Positions 1 to 13,505 of a DNA stretch of 64,000 bases are shown here, in pieces. This DNA is from Octopus vulgaris. Lineage: Eukaryota. The notes under the pieces are model-generated. The model searched no databases and had not been told where the DNA came from. It was given only the letters and a program-made list of their open reading frames with translations. Numbering within the stretch: the stretch's first letter is position 1; each line of letters starts with the position of its first letter. Made by a program: the position numbers and the translations under genes. The stretch covers positions 48,422,001 to 48,486,000 of the forward strand of contig OX597829.1 in NCBI GenBank assembly GCA_951406725.2, given 5' to 3'.

Positions 1-67
1 TTTGTTATATTTAAAATTAATTGAGAGAAACACAGAGCATCTCAACAGAAATATGGTAACAAAAGGG
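1..67. mobile_element. Right end of a piggyBac-type MITE (family A)
   Basis: Ends in AAAGGG followed by TTAA (68-71); near-identical to about 462-528. Confidence 0.7.
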
Positions 68-98
68 TTAAAATATATAATAGAGAAACAATTCTTAA

Positions 99-528
99 CC
101 CTTTAGATAACTACCTGGCTCTCAGTACAGATGTCTTGTTTTCAAAAGTTCCGAATTAAAATCTTCCACCAAACCTTAGTCACAATTTATATTCCTAACA
201 CTAGCATAACCCTTTAGCATTTAAACCGGCCATATCCGGCCAAAAGTATTCTGCCTGTTTCATGTTCAAACTGGCCAGATCTGGTCTCTCACACCAACCC
301 TACAATATCATTTTAAAAATTAACAGCCATCTCATCAAAATCTCATAGCTACAAGATAATTCATGATTAGTTCAAGGCAATGTGGATGAAAAAGCATTAG
401 TTTTGGTAGAATAATGCGAACACTAAAGGGTTAATGATAGCTAAATTATTTTACTAAATTCTTTGTTATATTTCGAATTAATTGAGAGAAACACAAAGCA
501 TCTCAACAGAAATATGGTAACAAAATGG
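99..528. mobile_element. piggyBac-type MITE family A carrying a nested MITE
   Basis: TTAA at 95-98 then CCCTTT; other end AAATGG then TTAA at 529-532. Confidence 0.7.
210..430. mobile_element. 221-bp piggyBac-type MITE family B, nested in family A
   Basis: CCCTTTAG...CTAAAGGG TIRs with ATAA/TTAA flanks; near-identical copy at 62927-63147. Confidence 0.85.
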
Positions 529-1009
529 TTAAATGGGTTCTTGCAGAAACACTTCTACAATTCATAGAATTAGTGTTTTGTTTATAATTGAAATCTTACT
601 ATGAATATAATTAAGGGATGACTTCCAACTACTTGTTTCGGGGTTGCCTCATTAACTGGTGGTCATGGTGGGGTTGGTGGCTCCTTCGCCTTCCTCCTCC
701 ACCTGATTTCCCACGCCTCTCCCTTCAATAGACTTATGTCTTTAGAAATATGGCAGTTCCAAATACAACACCATAGGCTAGTAGTGTGTGACTCATCGAG
801 ATCATATTGTTTCAGCAAAATGGGAGGAAATCTTTTCTCATATTTAGGTCTATCAGTCTGTAGGCATGCACGTGTGTATGTATGTATGTATGTGTTTGTA
901 TGCATGTATGTACACATGTCATGTACGTGTGTGTGTAACCTAATATTAACTGTGAATGTCCCTTGAATTTTGTTTTGTTATTGGTGTTTGCTTTGCTCTC
1001 TCTCTCTCC

Positions 1010-1278
<269 letters not shown>

Positions 1279-1797
1279 CTTATTGCTTATTTCACTTCAA
1301 CAAATTTTTCTTTTTTCTTTGTATCTCTTATATATTTAGTTACAGTTTACAATAAATGTACATAGCATCACATTTCAGTAATCTACTTGAGTCATTTCTC
1401 AACCATTGTGAGCTGGTAGGAACACACATACATGCGCACACTCTCTCTCTCTCTCTTCCTCTCTCCCTCTCTCTCTCTCCCTCTCTCTCTCTCTCACACA
1501 CACAGACCCAAGGTGTACTAAACTCTGAGCAATCCATAGGAGGTATAATAATAATTAAAAAAAACTTTTAGGAACAATAGTGGTTTATTGATGAAGAAAG
1601 TTGTGAATTTTTCCCATATTGACTTTCAATAAGCAGAAAAAAGTTATTTTACAATTCACAGTTAGCAACAGGGGTTGCTGTGTATGTGAATAAAAAATCT
1701 AAATTTAGGGAATGGAGTAGCCAAAATCCAGGCTACATAGGTTTCCTAGCTAATGGAACCTTGAAAGTAGTAATTACCCAAGCAAGGGTAATTAGTA

Positions 1798-1842
<45 letters not shown>

Positions 1843-2121
1843 AATAGCATGTGCTTGAAAAGGTTAAGAACTGAAAGCACTTGCAGATCTATAAAAGCAA
1901 AGCCCACTCACATTTTGCAAAATCCCTTCTCAAAGGTTAGTGTCCTTTGACTTTCTAAAAAGGTTCTTTTCTCAGTCTTAACTCTTTGAGAAAATATCTT
2001 CTCTCCAAATATATATAGATATAGATAATATAGGATTAAAGAAGAATGGAGAATTGGTAAGGATATAAAATTAATTTAACATACTGCCCAAAAGACACCT
2101 ACCTATAATAATCCCATTTAT

Positions 2122-2526
2122 GGCACAGGAGTGGCTGTGTGGTAAGTAGCTTGCTAACCAACCACATGGTTCCGGGTTCAGTCCTACTGCTTGGCATCTT
2201 GGGCAAGTGTCTTCTGCTATAGCCTTGGGCCGACCAATGCCTTGTGAGTGGATTTGGTAGACGGAAACTGAAAGAAGCCTGTCGTATATATGTATATATA
2301 TAAATATATGTGTGTCCGTGTGTATGTTTGTGTGTCTGTGTTTGTCCCCCTAGCATTGCTTGACAACCAATGCTGGTGTGTTTACATCCCCGTCACTTAG
2401 CGGTTTGGCAAAAGAGGCCGATAGAATAAGTACTAGGCTTACTAAGAATATGTCCCGGGGTCGATTTGATCGACTAAAGGCGGTGCTCCAGCATGGCCAC
2501 AGTCAAATGACTGAAACAAGTAAGAG
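2122..2526 (+). mobile_element. tRNA-derived SINE family 1 (about 400 bp, internal TA/TG microsatellite)
   Basis: A-box-like TGGCTGTGTGG, B-box-like GGTTCAGTCC, CORE-like cttgggcaagt segment and gtaaaaga tail. Roughly 20 or more full or partial copies in the window. Confidence 0.85.
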
Positions 2527-2627
2527 ATGTATCGAAGACATATACCTCAATGGTGTTGGTGATTAAACCAGTGAAATTTTGGATATAGTAATCCTTTATG
2601 AGGATAAGATATTCTCACATTGACAAT

Positions 2628-2660
<33 letters not shown>

Positions 2661-2665
<5 letters not shown>

Positions 2666-3041
2666 ATATAAACGGCAGTTTGTCTGTGCGTGTTTCTGTG
2701 TGTCTGTTTTCTCGTACCCTCACTCTGACCACGGCTTTCAACCGATTCTGATGAAACTTGACACACACATAGCCCAATGTCATAATTCAAAACTAACGCA
2801 GCGAAAATTTTGAAAAGTTCCCCCAGTTCTGAAAAAAATCGATAAATTCGACATGGGGTCGAGAATTAGAAACCCAAACCACAGACCGTCTAGGGGACGC
2901 AACTCTACCTTTTTTAACTCTCAAAAAAAATTTACCATCATTTGTTTTCCATTTTTTTGCTATTTTTTGGCTATAACTCTCTAAAAATGCTTTATAGTTA
3001 TTTCCCTTACAAACCTGAGCAACGCCGGGCGATACTGCTAG
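2661..3041 (+). mobile_element. Non-autonomous Helitron-like element
   Basis: A|TC start and CTAG|T end, subterminal GC-rich hairpin cctgagcaacgccggg, no TSD; 3' module shared with 29228-29624 and 52271-52656. Confidence 0.75.
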
Positions 3042-5099
3042 TATATATATATATGATCTCCCTGTATCAACCAGACTATCATATGCTGTCATAGACTGCT
3101 AATCACAATACACTTCCTTGCATTGATGTAGCTTTCAAATGATGTCATCCAGCTGGCTTGGTGGACAGACCAACATTATTTTCTTCCAAATGGAATGTTG
3201 GCCAATTTTTTTTACAGGGTTGCCTTTTTACAAATTACAACCAACCAACCTGGGAACTGAAACTACAATCTTGTGATCATTAGTGCAACAAATTAACCAC
3301 TAGACCATGCACTTCCACACACACACACACACACGTTTGTGTATATATTCAAATCAAAAATGGTAGTGTAATTAAATATAGATTTGTCAGTTGTCATTCT
3401 TTTACATATTCACATCAGCATAGAAATTTTTTTTGTTTTTTAATTTGAAACCTAGACAGAGAAGCTTAAAACTATCAAACAATTTAGACCTACGTTCTCA
3501 TAACATTTGTAATATCGCTACCAGCCTCTGGGGTACAGGAAGTTATGAAGGTCCTTTTTTTTTTCTTCTCTTTTGTTTCTTTTAATAAAATGTCAAATCC
3601 ATTTATCCATAAACTAACTTAAACTGAGCGTAGGGAGAATAGAATAGAGACATTAGTTTTTACTGTGAAGTGTTTCCGCTGGTTTTTACCCCCTGCCTCT
3701 ACTTTTTAGTGTCTTTTCTTTACAGCCCTGCTTCCAATCTACATTCATTCATTCATTCGTGGTCAGGAATTTCATTATTCAGAGAGTGGGAAGCCTGTAA
3801 CTACTGAATATATTGTGTGATGATGATGTCTGTTGATTTATGATGCACAGCAAACAACTATATATGCAGTTGCATATTTGGTCGTACAAACATACAACAT
3901 CCTCATACCAGCAAAAACATTTGTTTAATAATCAAAGAAGGATGGAAAATTGAACATTGAAATAGATGGACTTTGTTCAACATATTGCAAGTTATCTAGG
4001 ACAGTGATTCTGAACCGGGTCCTTATGACCCTTGTCGGGGACCACATGAGGTTTTAAGCTTATCTGCGATAAATTGGTTATACTTCCACAATACACAAAA
4101 TATTTTAATGCAGGAATGGCTGTGTGGTAAGTAGCTTGCTTATCAGCCACATGGTTCCGGGTTCCGTCCCACTGCATGGCGCCTTGGACAAGTGTCTTCT
4201 GCTATAGCCTCAGGCTGACCAAAGCCTCGTGAGTGGATTTGGTAGACAGAAACTGAAAGAAACCTGTCATATGTGTCTATATGTATGTTTATGTGTCAGT
4301 GTTTGTTCCTTCAGCATCACTTGACAACCAATGTTGGTGTGTTTATGTCCCCATAACTTAGCAGTTCGGTAAGAGGCTGATAGGATAAGTACTAGGCTTA
4401 CAAAGAAAAAGTTCTGTGGTCGATTTGTTTGCCTAAAAGTGGTGCTGAAGCATGGCCATAGTCAACTGACTAAAACAAGAGTAATTATCTAATATAATTT
4501 CTAATACTTAATTATAAAAATATAACGGGGCTTTTGGCATAGCTCTGTGGTAAGAAGCTTGTTTCCAACCACAAGGTTTCACATTTAGTTCCACTGCATA
4601 ACACCTTATGCAAGTGTCTTCTGCTGTAGCCTCAGGTCAACTGAAGTTTTGTGAGTGGATTTGGTAGACAGAAACTGAAAGAAGCCCATTGTGTGTGTGT
4701 GACTTTGTCCTATCACTGGTTGACAACTGGCACTGGTGTGTTCATGTCCCTGTAGATTAGCCATTTGGCAGAAGAGATCGATAGAATAAGTACTAGGCTT
4801 AAAAAGAATAAGTCCTGGGGCTGATTTGTTCGACTAAAAGTCCTTCAAAGCGGTGCTCTAGCATGGCCACAGTCAAATGACTGAAATGAATGAAAGAGAA
4901 AATGGCTATGAAGTTCAATTTGCATAAAATAACCAAAGGGGTCCATACATAAAAAAAAAAAAAGTCATAGTTGAGAACCACTGATCTAGGAACCATTGTT
5001 TCAATAAAAACTGGTAAACAGCTTTGGCAATATATCTTTTGCAGATATATTTGTCAACATTTTTACAGACACTTTTTTTCTTTTTGAGGTGTGGGCTGT

Positions 5100-5750
5100 G
5101 ACATAAGATAAGATGGTTGGAACCATGTAAAAATACAAAGCCTACAAAGATGGGAGCTCCATATGTTGTATCATAAGATATCTGTCCATGAGGATCGTAA
5201 CACCAGATAAGAACTGACATTAGGTGCTAGGAAGCCTTATGTTTTATCACAAACTGCCTCTCTAGTGCTGGTAGCATGATAAAATGCTCCCAGTTCATAC
5301 TATAAGACTTAAATTACGTCAGCTATTGTTTCACATATGTTATTGACTAAGTCCATTATCAAAATCATCCCACTGCATTCATTTCGTCTGAGACGACAAA
5401 TAGTTTTCCTCTGAGTGGTTGTAAGCACTTTCATTTTTAGCTAAGTCCACAACTTTTTCAAATTTCATTTGGAATGAAAAGTGATGTTTGAGAAGGGTGG
5501 TGAAACCCTCTACTAAACCTGTTGAAAAGAGAGTGAGAGTGGCAAGAATTGCTGAAGTGTATGGGTCTATTAACAGAATGTACATGTGGGCTAGAAAATA
5601 GAGCTGGGACAGGGTCTTTATTCACCCTTAATCAGGGTAAAACTGGATTTGGTGGTGGGGTTCTTTGATTGGTCCTTGATACTTTCATTTTCAAACTTTA
5701 CCATATTCTACATATTGTGTGTATTTTCACTATTTCATTAAATTTCTATG
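5100..5750 (-). pseudogene. Highly decayed coding relic, possibly Pif1-like (Helitron) helicase
   Basis: Protein-level homology to 12221-12379 with mostly synonymous third-position differences. Downstream MILIMD and SGVTILM weakly resemble Pif1 motifs II and III. Confidence 0.35.
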
Positions 5751-6428
5751 CAGTCTAACCATAGAAAGTCCTTTCATCTGCTTGGCAGAACAGAGCCTTT
5801 GCCAAAATCATCATCATATTCTGTAGAATTTTAGTTATGGTCATTTATGTTCTGAGTTCAAATCCAGCTACAGTCAAATTTGTTTTACATCCTTCCAGAG
5901 TCAATAAAATAAAAGTACCGATCACATAAAAAGACTAGTATGTATAATTGACTGTTCCTTCATTCCTGAAACTTTTACCTTTGTACATATTTTAGAAATT
6001 ATAATCATTACTAATCATTATTGAATTGACATAATCGTTAGAACCTCGGACAAAATGTTTAGTGGCAGATAAGTTCCACTAGGACCTGCTGTATGCCAGT
6101 CAACATGATATAACACTCCTATAAATTCCAGCTAGATTCCAGGGATCCAAGAGTTGAAGATGGAAGTGGTTCATGGTGTATATGCCACATTAATCATTTT
6201 CCCCAGTGTCTCATTGGTTGTTTTTGTCATTTTCGTAATCACTTCACTTAATTAACTATTTCCTCATTATTTATAAAATGAGTAATCAATATTTTTTTCC
6301 TCGTTTTTTGTTATAAACTTTTTTTTTCATGTATTTGTTCATGTGATGAACGTGATGCACCAGACTTAGGAATTTGTCTTTTTGTATACTTTGACACAGA
6401 ACCAATATAAATAATTGCCATCATGTTG

Positions 6429-6460
<32 letters not shown>

Positions 6461-7765
6461 TATTCGTAATAATAATAATAATTGTTTCAAATTTTGCCAT
6501 AAGGGTACCAATTTTGTGGGAGGAGATAAGTCAATTACATTGACCCCAGTAGTTCACAGGTTCTTAATTTACTGACCCTGAAAGAATGAAAGACAGTCGA
6601 CCTCAACAGAATTTGAACACATATCGTAGCAACAGATGAAATACTGCTAGGCATTTCACCCGGCATGCTAACGATTCTGCCAGCTTGCCGCCTTAAAAAT
6701 AATGGCTTCAAATTTTGCCACAAGGGTAGCAATTTGGGGGGAGGGGATGAGTCGATTACATCAACCCCAGTGTTAAACTGGTACTTATTTTATTGACCCT
6801 GAAAGGATGAAAGGTAAAGTCGATCTCAGCAAATTTGAACTCAGCATTTCGCCCATTGCTACATTCTAAGTATTTCATCCAGTGTGCTAACGATTCTGCC
6901 AGCTCGCCATCTTAATAGTAAATTTAATTAACAATAATATTATCATTTATTAAGTAACAAAGACCAGTCATGTGTTTATTCTGTTAATAACCAGCTGCTG
7001 GAGTTACATAACCTGAATCTAATAATTACTAATAAACAGTGTGGAATTCATGTTAATTGCTGGAAACAGTGAAGCACCAAACTAAATATCCTTCCTTCCT
7101 GTTTTTTTGATCGTGTGCTCAATGGGACATTCCTTAATAGTGTCACAAGATTTTGCCATTTCTGTCTTTTGCTGCCAACCCCACACTTGGCTTAGCCCAC
7201 CAGCTGAAGTGGGGTTCCAAGGTATGGTGCTAGGAGCCATTGAGTCAAGACTGGTGGTTCCTCTCCTCCTGACTATTCTTGGCAAGGTGCAACTGTCAGG
7301 TACCAAAGGAACCACCTCTGTGAGTCAGGGAAATTGAGACTTGTCCACTCTTTAGTGCTAACCCGAGGAATGATTGTTCCAGGATGGGTTCTGGTCAAGT
7401 TGTCATCATCATGAATCTATTGTGGGTACATTAGCTTGGCATGGTCCATTCTTCTCCGAGCTATTAACACAAATGTATTCCTCTACTTGAGACACACCTT
7501 GGCCCTGAACATTAGGCTGTTAACCTAAGCAGGACCCTCTGCCCTAGCTGCTAACTCCTTGAGAAAACATCTTTAGTCTTTTGCAATGTTTACACCACCA
7601 TCCCCACACTTGGTTTAACCCACCAGCTGAAGTGGGATTCCAGGGTATTGTGCTAGGGGCCATTGAGACAAGACCAGTGATTCCTCGCCTCTTGTACCAA
7701 AGGAACCACCTCTATTCAGAGCCCCCTACACTCCAGACTAAATATAAGCCTAATTATCACCTTTA

Positions 7766-8125
7766 GGTGAAAGCACATGGCCTAGCGGTTAGGGTGTTGC
7801 ATTCACAATTGCAAAGTCATTGTTTTGGTTCCCACGCTGGTGGTGTGTTGTGTTCTTGAGCAAGACACTTCATTTTTCATTGCTCCAGTCTACTTAGCTG
7901 TCAATGGATTACCTTGCAATAAACTGGCACTCTGTTCAGGAGGAATGTTGGTCTGTGATCACTTTGACACCTGATGCGTAGTACACAATGCACCTGTGCA
8001 GACAATTTGATGGAGTGAGGTGAACTAATGTACAGCACATACATTTAATCACTATAAACAAATCATTTGCACAGGTCCTTCGGCAAAAGCTGAACACTCA
8101 TACATTATCTTCAATGGGAGTCCAT
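7766..8125 (+). mobile_element. tRNA-derived SINE family 3
   Basis: tggcctagcggttaggg head and ttcttgagcaagacactt core; related copies near 8345, 30985 and 38035. Confidence 0.6.
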
Positions 8126-8139
8126 CATATATTCACATT

Positions 8140-8318
8140 TACTGTATTTTAATGTGTATAAGGAACCCTCGTGTATAAGGAATCCCCTAATTATGGGGGC
8201 TTAAAAAAGAGATTTAAGGTTTTGTAAGGGATAATACTATCCATGTATAAAAAAACTCCCATATTTTTTAACCTAATTTTTGACAAAAAGGGTTCCTTAT
8301 CCATGTTAAAATACGGTA
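8140..8318. mobile_element. Small Tc1/mariner-pogo-type MITE
   Basis: Termini tactgtattttaa and ttaaaatacggta are inverted repeats with TA flanks. Confidence 0.5.
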
Positions 8319-9299
8319 TATGATATATCTACACATGTATTATGTGAAGGCAAATGGCCTGGTGGTTTACGTATTTTACTCATCATTGCAAGATTGTGGT
8401 TTCTATTCTTAGATCAGACAGTGCATTGTGCTCTTGAGCAAAACTCTTCATTTCATATTGCTGCTATTTTCTCAGCTGTAAAATGCAGTAACCCTACAAC
8501 AAAGTGGCTTCCTGTTCAGGTAGGGGAAATGTTGGGATCTCTGTCACTTATATTCCATGGAAAGTGGGTAACTGGACCTATAAACCCTAGGACTTGAGAC
8601 AGTAATGTCTATTAAATCCACTCACATGATTTTGGTTGGTCTTGGGGCTACAGAAGAAGGCATTTGTTCTTATTGCTTCGCAATAAGTGTAATCTTGATA
8701 CCACAAAATTCTTTGCCATACAGCCATATCCATGCCTGTACTTATATATTTTAGGAAAGTTTTAAAATAAATAAATATCAGTGAAATATCTGATTTCTTT
8801 TACACTCACTTAAGCCACTACATTTTCAAGTCAGTGCAGTGAAATTCTATCTTTGACCAGGTCACAGTGATATTTCTAAAATTTGACACTTCATGAAGTA
8901 AACAAAAAGTTAACATAATGTAAGGTGAAAGTAGTGTTTGAGGACACATTTGGTAATAATTTACTCTGATCAGCTAAAAACAAATGTACCATCAACATCA
9001 TCATTTAATGTCTGCTTTCCATGCTAGCATGGGTTGGACGATTTAACTGAGGACTGGCAAACCAGATGGCTGCACCAGGCTTCAGTCTTGATCTAGCAGA
9101 GTTTCTACAGCTGGATGCCCTTCCTAATGCCAACCACTCCGAGAGTGTAGTGGGTGCTTTTACGTGCCAGTCAGGCAGTACTGGCAACGACCTCGCTCGA
9201 ATGTTTTTTCACGTGCCACTGGCATAAGTGCCAGTAAGGCGACAATATTAATAAAAAATTATGCACATGTTCATGATAAGCTTTCTTGTAAGATAATTA

Positions 9300-10265
9300 T
9301 TTCTGAATCCACTTTCAGCTGAGATGAGTGTTTCAATATAGGACTGGAATCATTGACATGCCTGCACTAAATTGTCCTTATTAATTTTGAACATCACCTG
9401 AACAGTGATGGCTGTCAGTGGATCTGTGGCATTGTGAAAAATCAATTAGTGTCCTTTTCAACAACACCCCAAATATAGTAGTTGATTGGATTTAGATCTG
9501 TTGAATCTGGTGGCCACATATTTGGTGTTACATGATCATGAAAATTGTCTAAAGTCCATTCTTGGGTGACGTGGACTTTGTGAGAAGGGGTTGAGTATTG
9601 TTGAAACATGTGACCTTTTGCTGTGCACTTCATCCATCCAGTGTCTCCATCAATTCTAAAACCTTATGGAAAGATGTTAGATGGCATAATATGACCTCTG
9701 TTCCTCACTACTCCTAAAACCATCACAGTTGCTGGAAACTTAATGTGCATCACTTTGGGTGACGGTGGGGTGGGGGCAGGGAGACACCAGAAGGATCTGC
9801 ACAAAATCTTTTATTTCTCCTGTTAGACTTTTGGTCTTGGTTGAAGATTTTCTCATCGGGGAAGAACCAAAGCAAGCCCTGAACAAACAATTTAAGCACA
9901 GATCAGTTTTCCTGTGTCTTTGGGGACATGAATTGACCCCTCCTCGGTATATACAACTTGTATCAAATATCCCCTTGCACCATAGTTCTAATAATCTATT
10001 CTGAAACTTGAAGTTCTTTGGCAAAGTCCCTCTTTGATTTTCCAGGATTTTCATTCATGTTTTGAGTTTTTTGGATGAATTATGGTGTCCTTTTAGTGTC
10101 TGAACATTTTTTTTTTTTTTTTTTTTTTTTTACTAGTCTTTGACACAGTTCAGACATTCCTGCCAGACTCTTCCAGTTCTATCTGAACTTGTGTACAAAA
10201 GATCTTGTATCATTTAGAAAATTCTCAGTTTCTAATTCGCTGTGTTCTGCACATACAGCTACTAT
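9300..10265 (-). mobile_element. Decayed Tc1/mariner (maT/DD37D-like) transposase fragment, interrupted by an insertion
   Basis: ORF 9442-9633: FQQYSTPSH...WPPDSTDLNPINYYIWG is a degenerate FQQDxAPxH / WPPxSPDLNPLDYxxW. Confidence 0.8.
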
Positions 10266-10680
10266 GAGTGCATGTCTTTTCATATCTCATATAAGCATTT
10301 TATCTGCCACTGGGGAATCCTAAAGATATAATATTTCACTTGGTTAGTATATTAGTAATATACTGCTTATTAAATGTTCTCAAATATCTCTTACATCTTG
10401 TATTTTTTTTTGTTCTTGTTTGTGACTCAAAATGACATTTCTATGTAATTGCTTCAGTTTCAACACATAGTTACAAGTCAACCCCTATGCATTTAAACTG
10501 GTCATACCCAGCCCAAATATTTTACTTATATTATTTTCAAACCAACCATATCTGGTCTCTCACACCTACCCTACAGTGTCATTCTAAAAATGAACAAGCG
10601 CATCAATGAAATCTCAAGACTAATTCAAAATAACGAATAAATAAGCATTACATTTGACAGAATGACTGAAACAAATGAAA

Positions 10681-11090
10681 GGAGTGGCTGTGTGGTAAGT
10701 AGCTTGCTTACCAACCACATGGTTCCGGGTTCAGTCCCATTACGTGGCATCTTGGGCAAGTGTCTTCTACTATAGCCTCGAGCCGACCAATGCCTTGTGA
10801 GTGGATTTGGTAGTCGGAAACTGAAAGAAGCCTGTCGTATATATATATATATATATATATATAATGTGTGTGTGTGTGTATTTGTGTGTCTGTGTTTGTC
10901 CCCCTAGCATTGCTTGACAACCAATGCTGGTGTGTTTACGTCCCCGTCACTTAGCGGTTTGGCAAAAGAGGCCGATAGAATAAGTACTGGGCTTACAAAG
11001 AATAAGTCCCAGAGTCGATTTGCTCGACTAAAGGCGGTGCTCCAGCATGGCCACAGTCAAATGACTGAAACTAGTAAAAGAGTAAAGAGA
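10681..11090 (+). mobile_element. SINE family 1 copy
   Basis: Near-identical to 2122-2526. Confidence 0.88.
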
Positions 11091-12075
11091 GAGTATATAT
11101 ATATGTATAATATGCAGAAGATTGTAGGATGTGATTTGATGGCATATTGGCTGCTATTTCTAACAAGTCAGGCTACCATAAAGAGGCTCCCTGTTGCCTC
11201 TTCCCCATGTGTGTTGCTTTGATGATGGTGATTGTTGTGGGAATGAAGCAACCACAGTGAACCAACTGAGAAGGAACCAACAAAAATGATAAAAACTGAA
11301 TTCAAGCACAGAGGAGTGTGTATGTGTTATTGTTTAGACTTGGCACATCAAAGAATTGCCAATGTTATTGCTTGTGTTACAAGGGTTAGTCATCAGCTAC
11401 TAACCAACCTTTGGTCAGGGACTTGCTGTCACCATCCACCATCTACCCTGTTACTTCTGTGTAAAGGGAATGGTGAGAGACTAACTAATGTTTCCTCCAT
11501 TCTAACTGGCACAGTAAGCCAGCCAGTGAACCAGCCTGCCTGCCTGCCTGCCTGTCAGCCAGTGAACCAACCTGCCACCAAACAAAAACTAAGTCAAGCC
11601 AGAAACAAAGCAGAGCTATTAACCCAATTTGCAATCTTTCCAAGAACCAAACCACGTTAACCATAAAAATATGAATAGCAAGCAGCTTATTTTACATGAT
11701 GATTCTCAAAATAAATATACAATGTCCCACTGCGTGGCATCTTGGGCAAGTGTCTTCTGCTATAGCCCCGGGTTGACCAAAGCCTTGTGAGTGGATTTGG
11801 TAGACGGAAACTGAAAGAAGCCTGTTGGATATATGTATATATATATATGTATGTGTGTGTGTTTGTGTGTCTGTGTTTGTTCCCCTAGCATTGCTTGACA
11901 ACCGGTGCTGGTGTGTTTACATTCTCGTAACTTAGTAGTTCGGCAAAAGGGTCTGATAGAATAAGTTTTAGGCTTAAAAAGAAGAAATAGAAAGTCCTGG
12001 GGTTGCTACAGCTGACTAAAGTTTCTCCAAGGCCATGCCATTTCATGGCTGTAGTCCGATTGTAACAAGTAAAAG

Positions 12076-12114
<39 letters not shown>

Positions 12115-12149
12115 CTTTTTGGGAATGTAAATATTAGGTACTTCAAGAT

Positions 12150-12590
12150 CCAAATTCCAAAATGAATTCCATATTCTCTCAAAAGGTTATAAATTCTTGT
12201 GTGAACCCTTTTGTTTACAGATGCACACTCAGAATTGGTCCTTTCACACTGGCCATTCTTCCAATAGTCACCCACATTTCAGCAAACTTGCTACAAGGCA
12301 ACACTTCCCTCTCTATGTTTCAACTTCCTATTCAAGTGAAACTTGAAAAAGTTGATGAGGGCTTGGCCAAAAAGGAAAGGTAGTAATAATAATAATAATG
12401 ATAGGCAAAAGTAATAATTGTTATAGTATTTTTCATGTCATGCAAAGCATCTTGTTTTGAATATCCTTGTATATAATAAATAGACATAGAATTTACATAA
12501 GCCACAAGTATTGAGAATACTTCAAATTTTTTCTGAAAAATAGTTTTACATGCCAGAGTTTGTTCATAGACAAATCCTGTATCTATAAGC
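12150..12590 (+). pseudogene. Decayed Pif1-like (Helitron-type) helicase relic
   Basis: In one frame: ISANLLQGNTSLSMFQLPI (like IAATLLxGGRTAHSxFKLP), AKVIIVIVFFMSCK (like AKLIIWDExxMSHK) and F*KIVLHAR, then RQIL after a frameshift (like FGGKxVLLAGDFRQILP). Contains stops and a TAA microsatellite. Confidence 0.5.
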
Positions 12591-13466
12591 ATTTGTTTAT
12601 AAACAAACTTTGTTTTTGAATATTCAATTGACGCAACTGGAACGTCCTTTATAATCGTTATCACTTTTTTTTTCTTTTTTATAAACAAATATTGCAAGTA
12701 TGATATAGACGTAACATGTAACTAGATTCATGTAGGATTAGGAAATTCCTGGAATTAATACATTGACGCATTCAAAATGCTGTCATATCCCTGGAAACTA
12801 ATTGTGCGATTATTAAATATTTGAAATCTTGCTTCTGTGAACATATAATCTCCCTCCTTCTCTTTCTCCCCTTTCTCTCTCTCTCCCCCCTCCCTCTCTC
12901 TTCATGTATATACATGCAGGTGTGGCTGTGTGGTAAGAAGCTTGCTTCCCAACCACATGGTTTTGGTTTCAGTCCCACTGCATGGTACCTTAGGCAAGTG
13001 TCTTCTACTATAGCTTCGGGCCAACAAAAGCCTTGTGAGTGGATTTGGTCGATGGAAACTGAAAGAAGCCCGTCCTATATGCGTGTGTGTATCTTTGTCC
13101 CTGTGCTTGTCTCCCCACAACTGCTTGACAACCAGTGTTGGTGTGTTTATGTCCCCATAACTTAGCAGTTTGGTAAATGAGATTAATAGAAAGGGGATCC
13201 AGTCTAAAAAAGTCAGTCTCAACAAATTCCACCTGAACTGTACAAGCACTGAAAAATGGTTGTTAAATGATGATCATTTACTGTCTGTTATCCATGCTGG
13301 AATGGGTTGGATGGTTTGACCAGAGCTGGCAAGCTGGAAGGCTGTACCAGACTCCGGTCTCATTTGGCATGGTTTTCCATAGCTGGATGCTCTTCATATA
13401 TTTGTTTTAGTCATCTGACTGCAGCCATGCTGGAGCATGGCCTTAAAGGGTTTTAGTTGAACACAC

Positions 13467-13505
<39 letters not shown>

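Noticed and set aside
4915-5220. ORF with ISYDTTY resembling a MULE DDE motif
   Set aside because: Only one short motif matches, with no supporting downstream MULE residues.
12162-12383. GPCR TM7-like motif INSCVNPFVY, and an apparent exon 12221-12379 (tttacag...AG/gtagt)
   Set aside because: No other transmembrane helices. The peptide does not resemble the SWAP70 N-terminus, and its phase-2 end does not fit the phase-0 start of exon A. Similarity to helicase-like motifs continues past the putative donor, favouring a decayed transposon gene.
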